A DNA stretch of 32,012 nt from Fibrobacterota bacterium (GTDB lineage Bacteria; Fibrobacterota; Fibrobacteria; UBA11236): the NCBI GenBank assembly GCA_043753995.1, contig JAYUVP010000314.1, forward strand, positions 1 to 32,012, written 5' to 3'. The translations under genes were made by a program, and so were the position numbers. Shown here one piece after another: positions 26,800 through 32,012 of this stretch. The first letter of the stretch is position 1, and every line of letters begins with the position of its first letter. Below the pieces are notes generated by a model. That model made no database searches. It was not told where the DNA came from and saw only the letters and a list, made by a program, of their open reading frames with translations.

Positions 26800-28431
26800 A
26801 TGTTAGACGCGGATGTTTTAGACCAGTTGAAAACCGTTTTTTCCAAGCTCACCGGCGAGGTAAGTTTGCGCGTTGCGCAATCGGATCATGCTGCTCAATC
26901 CGAACTTGAGGAAATGCTGCGCGAGGTGGAAAGCACTAGCGACAAGATCCGCGTCGAATGGCTCACTGATTTGAAAACCGATGCGCCATGGTTCGAGGTG
27001 ATCGGATCAAGTAAGGCACAAGACGCGGGAAGCGCGGGCGGCGCAAGCCGTATCGCCTTTCGCGGCGTGCCGGGTGGGCATGAATTCAGTTCTTTCGTGC
27101 TCGCTATCTTGAATGGCGATGGCAAGGGCAAACTGCCCGATGCAGGCATAGCCGCGCGCATACGTGCACTGCAAGGGCCGGTGCGCTTGCGCACCTATGT
27201 CTCTCTTTCTTGTGAGAATTGTCCCGAAGTGGTGCAGGCTTTGAATGTGATGGCCACCTTGCATCCTGACTTTCAGCATGAAACCGTCGATGGCGCGGTG
27301 GCGCAAGACGAGGTGACGGCCTTGGGCATACAGGGCGTGCCCAGTGTGGTCAAGGTGGACGTCGCCACCGGAGGCGAACTGGTTCATTCGGGCAAATCCC
27401 AGCTTATCGATTTGCTGGGCATGCTCGAAGAGACTTTCGGTAAAGCGCCCGCAAGCGATGCGGAATCGGGCGCGCCGGTGGTACGCGATCTTGGAGCCTT
27501 CGATGTTGTGGTCATCGGCGGAGGCCCGGCAGGCACTTCGGCGGCCATTTATTCGGCACGCAAAGGCCTCAAGACAGCTATCGTGGCGGAACGCGTAGGC
27601 GGACAATTGCGCGACACCAAGGGCATCGAGAATATGATCTCCATGACCTATACCGAAGGCCCCAAGCTCGCGGCTCAGCTTGCCGAGCACCTGGCGCAAT
27701 ATCCGGTGCAGGTCTTTGAGCATAGGCGCGTGCATCATATCGGCGAGGCCGGTTCGGCGGAGGCAGGAGCGCGGCATATCCAACTGGAGAGCGGCGAAAC
27801 CCTCGATGCCAAGGCCGTCATCGTGGCCACGGGGGCCAAGTGGCGTCAGCTCGGCATACCCGGCGAGAAAGAGCATATAGGCCAGGGTGTTGCCTTTTGT
27901 GCTCATTGCGACGGTCCATTCTACAAGGGCAAGAAGGTCGCCGTGGTGGGCGGAGGCAATAGCGGTGTTGAAGCAGCCATAGACCTCGCCAATATCGCCA
28001 GCCATGTCACCTTGCTCGAATACGGACCCAAGCTCAAGGCCGACACCATACTTATTGACAAGATCACGGCCCTGCCCAATGCACGCGTGGTGCTACATGG
28101 CAAATCGACGCGTGTGGTGGGCGATGGCAAAAAGGTCAGCGGCCTCGAATACCAAGATGCCGAAACACGCGAGTTACATACACTCGATGTCGATGGCGTC
28201 TTCGTGCAAATCGGACTCTTGCCGAATTCGCAATGCGTGAAGGATCTCGTCGAGCTCAACCCGCGCGGCGAAATCGTGATTGATGCCAAGGGTCACACCA
28301 GCGCTACGGGCATTTATGCGGCGGGGGATGTGACCACGGTGCCTTTCAAGCAAATCGTGGTGGCCATGGGTGAAGGCGCCAAGGTTGCGCTCACGGCTTT
28401 CGAGGATAGAATGCACCAAAAGGTGGGGTGA
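26800..28431 (+). CDS. ahpF: Alkyl hydroperoxide reductase subunit F
   Basis: PGGHEFSSFVLA, SLSCENCPEVVQALN, GGGPAG..AAIYSARKG, CAHCDGP, GGGNSGVEAAIDLA, FVQIGL, KQIVVAMGEG; AAGGAG SD. Confidence 0.96.
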   Translation: MLDADVLDQLKTVFSKLTGEVSLRVAQSDHAAQSELEEMLREVESTSDKIRVEWLTDLKTDAPWFEVIGSSKAQDAGSAGGASRIAFRGVPGGHEFSSFVLAILNGDGKGKLPDAGIAARIRALQGPVRLRTYVSLSCENCPEVVQALNVMATLHPDFQHETVDGAVAQDEVTALGIQGVPSVVKVDVATGGELVHSGKSQLIDLLGMLEETFGKAPASDAESGAPVVRDLGAFDVVVIGGGPAGTSAAIYSARKGLKTAIVAERVGGQLRDTKGIENMISMTYTEGPKLAAQLAEHLAQYPVQVFEHRRVHHIGEAGSAEAGARHIQLESGETLDAKAVIVATGAKWRQLGIPGEKEHIGQGVAFCAHCDGPFYKGKKVAVVGGGNSGVEAAIDLANIASHVTLLEYGPKLKADTILIDKITALPNARVVLHGKSTRVVGDGKKVSGLEYQDAETRELHTLDVDGVFVQIGLLPNSQCVKDLVELNPRGEIVIDAKGHTSATGIYAAGDVTTVPFKQIVVAMGEGAKVALTAFEDRMHQKVG

Positions 28432-28471
28432 AGGGGAACATTCAACGCCGATCAGGCGTCTTAACCTAGGT

Positions 28472-29569
28472 ATGCACTTCCGTTGTTTAGGTAGCCTTGG
28501 TTTCGGCGTCTCACTCACATGGGCCATGCCTCCGCAACTTTCTGCTCTGGAATCAGAAAGCCGTGGAGCGGGCATGAGCTTCTCCAATGACGCCCACTAT
28601 CTCACCTTGGGTTTGCTCGCGGATGAAGACCGCTATTACTCTCAAGGACTGCATTTGTTTTGGAATAGCGCCCCCCATTCCCCTACCGGGGCTTCCGGTC
28701 CCGTGCGGCGCCTAAGCGAAGCATTGCAGGCAAAGTGGATTTCCAGCCATATACGATTGGGGCAGGAGATCTTCACCCCCAATGATATTCGGGCCGCATC
28801 TCCCCTCGTTTCCAACGATAGGGCTTTTGCCGGGTGGACGCATTTGGATTGGGGTCAACGCTTTTATTTCCATCAGGGCAATCGGCCCGCCCGATTGCAT
28901 TTACAGATAAATCTCGGAGTGGTGGGTCCAGCTTCCTTGGCCGAAGAGGTCCAAATCGGATTTCATCGGATGCGTCGTCAAACCTCCTCCCATCCCGAAT
29001 TGGATCCCGATCCCTCCGCCGGGTGGGACGCGCAATATTATTCCGAAGGTTTTCCTTTGAAGACGCAATTCATATTGAACCACGCGCTGTCTTTTTATGA
29101 ATTTCGAAACCGCCAACAAGTGGGTTTTGATTTCGGCGGAGAAGGTCTATTCGATTTTGGAAACCTTTATGGTCACGCAGGCATTGCCCTGCAAGCACGC
29201 GCTGGCCGCTTGATGCGTTCTCTATATCTTCCCATGCCCGAAGGCAATCAAAAAAGTTGGGAGGCCTTCGGTTTTGCGCGAACGGAAATCAAAGCTGTAG
29301 CTTGGAATGGTGTCTTGACGGGTGCACAAAGCCATAACGTTACCCGATCTCCATGGCTATGGCAAAATGAATTCGGGGCCGCGCTGCGAGGCCCCTCTCC
29401 ACTTCCCGAACTCTCCTTGACCTTGTCGATGTGGAGCCGCGAAACTAAGTCCAAGCCAACCCAACCTTTTCAACCTGGCCACATCGATTATCGCCCTGAC
29501 TTACAGAATCGCTCGCCTTGGTTTGACCATGGTTTCGGAACGGTGCGGCTGGCTTGGTATTGGGATTGA
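28472..29569 (+). CDS. Lipid A deacylase LpxR-family (DUF2219) outer-membrane beta-barrel
   Basis: ND..DRYYSQGL, GQEIFTP, DRAFAGW, LGVVGPASLAEEVQ..FH, GW..Q, GNL, C-terminal HGFGTVRLAWYW strand; start uncertain. Confidence 0.8.
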   Translation: MHFRCLGSLGFGVSLTWAMPPQLSALESESRGAGMSFSNDAHYLTLGLLADEDRYYSQGLHLFWNSAPHSPTGASGPVRRLSEALQAKWISSHIRLGQEIFTPNDIRAASPLVSNDRAFAGWTHLDWGQRFYFHQGNRPARLHLQINLGVVGPASLAEEVQIGFHRMRRQTSSHPELDPDPSAGWDAQYYSEGFPLKTQFILNHALSFYEFRNRQQVGFDFGGEGLFDFGNLYGHAGIALQARAGRLMRSLYLPMPEGNQKSWEAFGFARTEIKAVAWNGVLTGAQSHNVTRSPWLWQNEFGAALRGPSPLPELSLTLSMWSRETKSKPTQPFQPGHIDYRPDLQNRSPWFDHGFGTVRLAWYWD

Positions 29570-29686
29570 AAGCGGAAAGCGCCACTTCGAAGCGAACGGA
29601 TTTTTCAACTTGTTTGAAAAAGCCAATTTGAAAAAGTTGCAAGAGGTCAGAACAATCGCTAGAGCAATGAGGATTATCCGTTTCAT
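29570..29686 (-). pseudogene. Orphan lipoprotein signal peptide or truncated lipoprotein gene remnant
   Basis: MKRIILIALAIVLTSC is a textbook lipoprotein signal, but the ORF (29501-29686) runs into the antisense of the LpxR-family gene after about 39 codons. Confidence 0.4.
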
Positions 29687-29800
29687 TGTGCGATGGATCT
29701 TTCGAATTCGGAGGAGAGTCGAAAAATAGAATTTCGGTCGGCAGCTCCCCTTGCTTTGAAGCTCAGCCTCTAGTGAAGGCGCTCCAATCTCAACCTCTAA

Positions 29801-29863
29801 GTTCTATAATTCGCTCTTGAACAAAGAGCTCTTTTCTTAGAGCGAATTGAGCCAGGTTAGAAC
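29801..29863. promoter_or_regulatory. Long nested palindrome upstream of the TIGR02147 gene
   Basis: AATTCGCTCT (29808-29817) ... AAAGAGCTCTTT (29823-29834) ... AGAGCGAATT (29839-29848), flanked by GTTCTA/TAGAAC; overlaps TATAAT at 29805-29810. Confidence 0.55.
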
Positions 29864-29884
29864 ATTGGGGGGTAGATTTTATCC

Positions 29885-30730
29885 ATGGTCAAAAGCCCGC
29901 CTAATATTTTGGAATACTCCGAGTACAGGAAATTCCTGCACGAGAGATACCGGTTTCTGAAATTGAATGACCGCAAATTTTCCCATCGGTATATCAATCA
30001 CCGGTTGGGCGTGAAATCGAGCGGATGGTTCGGTGATGTTTTGGCGGGGCGGCAAAGGCTGAAGCCAGCCCAAGTCAAAACCGTGGCCACCGTCTTTAAA
30101 ATCGGTCCCGAAGAGCAAAAATGCTTGCGCGCCTTGGTTGAAATGGATACGGCAGAAACACCCGAGGATATCGCCTTGGCCTATGAGAAATGGTATGAGG
30201 CCAAAGGCATAGGTATGGAAACCGTCGAAAAAAATCGCTTCAAATTTTACGAGCGCTGGTATTTCAGCGCCATGCGAGAGCTATTGGCCATCCATCCGCG
30301 CCTGCGCGACCCAAAAATCTTGGCCTCCGCTCTTGATCCCAAAATCACTCCGAAGCAAGCACAGGAAGCCATCAACTTGTTAGCAAGCCTAGGATTCATT
30401 GGCAATGCGGAAGCCGGAGCATCAAATACGGCCTTGCCAGCCTTGGTCAAGGATCCAGCCGCACGAAGCAAGCACTGGAAAAAAATGATGGTGTCCATGA
30501 TCAAGCTCGGGCGACTCGCCTTGGACAAATACGACAAAGAGCAACGCAATTTTTCTGGATTGACTTTGACCTTTTCTACCGAGGGCCTGCAAAAGGCGGG
30601 AGAGGAAATTGCAGCCCTGCGCAAGCGGCTGCTTTATCTCTCCGAAAGAGACAAGAAAAGTGATCGCGTCTATAACTGCCTTTTCCAAATCTATCCCGTC
30701 TCAACTCCAATGGAGGCCTCTCGTGTTTAA
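29885..30730 (+). CDS. TIGR02147 (Fibrobacter paralogous family / DUF4423) protein, putative DNA-binding
   Basis: NILEYSEYRKFL..Y...K.....FSHR....LG..S.G....V..G...L, FYERWYFSAMREL, L.PKIT..QA..A..LL..LGFI, RNFSGLT, VY....QIYP; 281 aa. Confidence 0.88.
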   Translation: MVKSPPNILEYSEYRKFLHERYRFLKLNDRKFSHRYINHRLGVKSSGWFGDVLAGRQRLKPAQVKTVATVFKIGPEEQKCLRALVEMDTAETPEDIALAYEKWYEAKGIGMETVEKNRFKFYERWYFSAMRELLAIHPRLRDPKILASALDPKITPKQAQEAINLLASLGFIGNAEAGASNTALPALVKDPAARSKHWKKMMVSMIKLGRLALDKYDKEQRNFSGLTLTFSTEGLQKAGEEIAALRKRLLYLSERDKKSDRVYNCLFQIYPVSTPMEASRV

Positions 30731-32012
30731 GCCTATCCACCGGATTTTATCCGGCGCCGCCCTGCTATGCTTTGCCCTCTCCTTCATGCAATGCCAAGAC
30801 GGCGGGTCCGAGCTTCCCAATGAATTGAGCGGTCAAGTCGTTTTGAAAAACAGTGCTCCCGCTGCTTTTGTGAAAGTGGGATTGTACTCGGTCAACTATA
30901 TCCCCGCCGATTCGGGAAATTCCGCTCCGAGCTGGACCACGCACTCGGATGCCTCAGGTCGCTATGCCTTTAAAGAAATTCCTGCGGGCCGCTACAATTT
31001 GGTGGGCATTCAAGACAGCCTCGGATTTTTCCGCGATTCCATATCGGTTTCCGGCACGGTGGCGATTGGGAAGGATTCCCTGGAACGGCTGAGCAGTTTG
31101 ATGGGAAAAGTTCAATTGCAACCACAGGACGATCCGCGCAATGCCGTCGTTCAAGTCATGGGCACGGATTATTATGTCAATGTCGATTCCAAAGGCTCGT
31201 TTACATTGCCTGGTTTGGCGGGTGGTTTTTACAGGTTACGGGTTTTTGTCGGCCTACCGAATTATATCCCTCTGTTCAAGGACGTTCAGGTTCACTCCAG
31301 CCAACAAGACACTCTTCCCCACCCGCTAGTGCCCTATTATTCCGGCTTGCCAGTAGTCACCCAAATTCAAGCCACCCTAGATACGGCGCGGGGTATAGCC
31401 AAAATCACTTGGCATCCCGTGGACTACCCAGCATTGCTCACTTATTTGGTCTATCGTGACGCAGAAAATTCCGTCGAGCTTTCGAGCAATCCGCTGAATA
31501 CCTCGCGCATTATGGATACTGTGTATTTCGACACCTTATATCGCTTTGATTCAATAAGTGGAACCTGGGGTGATAACTTCGAACATTCCTTGGAATACCG
31601 CGTTCGTGTCAAAGCAAAAAATTCAGTGATTGGAGAAAGCTTTTTAGCGGGAACCTTGCATGCCATTTCACCCAGCATATTTGTTTCCCAGGTACGCATT
31701 GAGCGTGTCGGCGATACCACGGATAAAGCCTTCCTTGGAGACACTATTCGACTTGCAGCTCATTATTCGAATCCCAGCCTGGTGAACCGAAATCTGTTTT
31801 GGATAAAAGGTATCGCAGACACCCTTCGGAAGTTGAACGTGTCCACGAAAAGCGGTAGCGACACTTTGAGTTGGGTTGCTCCCTCACGGCCCGGAATTGA
31901 TTCTATAAGGGTGATTGTCACTGATGTAAATGGAAAACAAAGAAAGGAATCCATTCAAATAAAGACGGTTGCATCGCGAATCATTGGAAACATAAAGACT
32001 CCATCCTATGCG
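30723..32012 (+). CDS. Probable lipoprotein with carboxypeptidase-regulatory-like (SdrD/CnaB-type) beta-sandwiches and an FN3-like domain; 3'-truncated by the window edge, absent from the ORF track
   Basis: GTG start with GGAGG SD, overlapping the TIGR02147 stop by 8 nt; open for 430 codons to the window end: MFKPIHRILSGAALLCFALSFMQC-QDGGSELPNELSGQV..SDASGRYAFKEIPAGRYNL..VDSKGSFTLPGLAGGFYRL..ITWHPV..YLVYRD. Confidence 0.88.
   Translation, partial: MFKPIHRILSGAALLCFALSFMQCQDGGSELPNELSGQVVLKNSAPAAFVKVGLYSVNYIPADSGNSAPSWTTHSDASGRYAFKEIPAGRYNLVGIQDSLGFFRDSISVSGTVAIGKDSLERLSSLMGKVQLQPQDDPRNAVVQVMGTDYYVNVDSKGSFTLPGLAGGFYRLRVFVGLPNYIPLFKDVQVHSSQQDTLPHPLVPYYSGLPVVTQIQATLDTARGIAKITWHPVDYPALLTYLVYRDAENSVELSSNPLNTSRIMDTVYFDTLYRFDSISGTWGDNFEHSLEYRVRVKAKNSVIGESFLAGTLHAISPSIFVSQVRIERVGDTTDKAFLGDTIRLAAHYSNPSLVNRNLFWIKGIADTLRKLNVSTKSGSDTLSWVAPSRPGIDSIRVIVTDVNGKQRKESIQIKTVASRIIGNIKTPSYA

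Noticed and set aside
27007..28005. 332-aa antisense ORF, and similar ones at 12991-13797, 19647-20378 and 934-1605
   Set aside because: Shadow ORFs opposite well-supported genes, explained by codon bias; no recognisable motifs
1..32012. CRISPR array, tRNA/rRNA, IS transposase or prophage genes
   Set aside because: No regularly spaced repeats, RNA gene signatures or transposase/phage motifs were found by eye

Overview
A gene-dense 32 kb bacterial chromosomal segment, most likely from an environmental Fibrobacterota genome. This is inferred from a TIGR02147-family gene coupled to a lipoprotein and from FCB-type secreted proteins. In order it holds: the 3' part of a giant secreted multidomain protein (LamG, beta-helix, T9SS/FlgD-type tail); an orphan asnB-type amidotransferase; a hybrid PAS histidine kinase; a DsbA/FrnE oxidoreductase; an unannotated 34-aa Lys-rich protein; a DUF3516 Ski2-like helicase; an EamA transporter; and several orphan secreted proteins, lipoproteins and gene remnants. 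It then has a thiol/redox/metalloid-stress stretch (SDR-TetR pair, Cys-rich SigZ-type ECF sigma with an ArsI/CadI enzyme, DUF1569, oxyR-ahpCF), an LpxR-family beta-barrel and a TIGR02147-lipoprotein pair. No rRNA, tRNA, CRISPR array or intact mobile element was seen. Best candidates for new biology: (1) an ArsR-less, anti-sigma-less ArsI/CadI + Cys-tailed ECF sigma operon with its own ECF promoter; (2) a truncated C-terminal '[D/N]xxG[R/K]' tail shared by three unrelated secreted proteins; (3) a long palindrome upstream of the TIGR02147 gene. All family calls are by eye, with no database searches.
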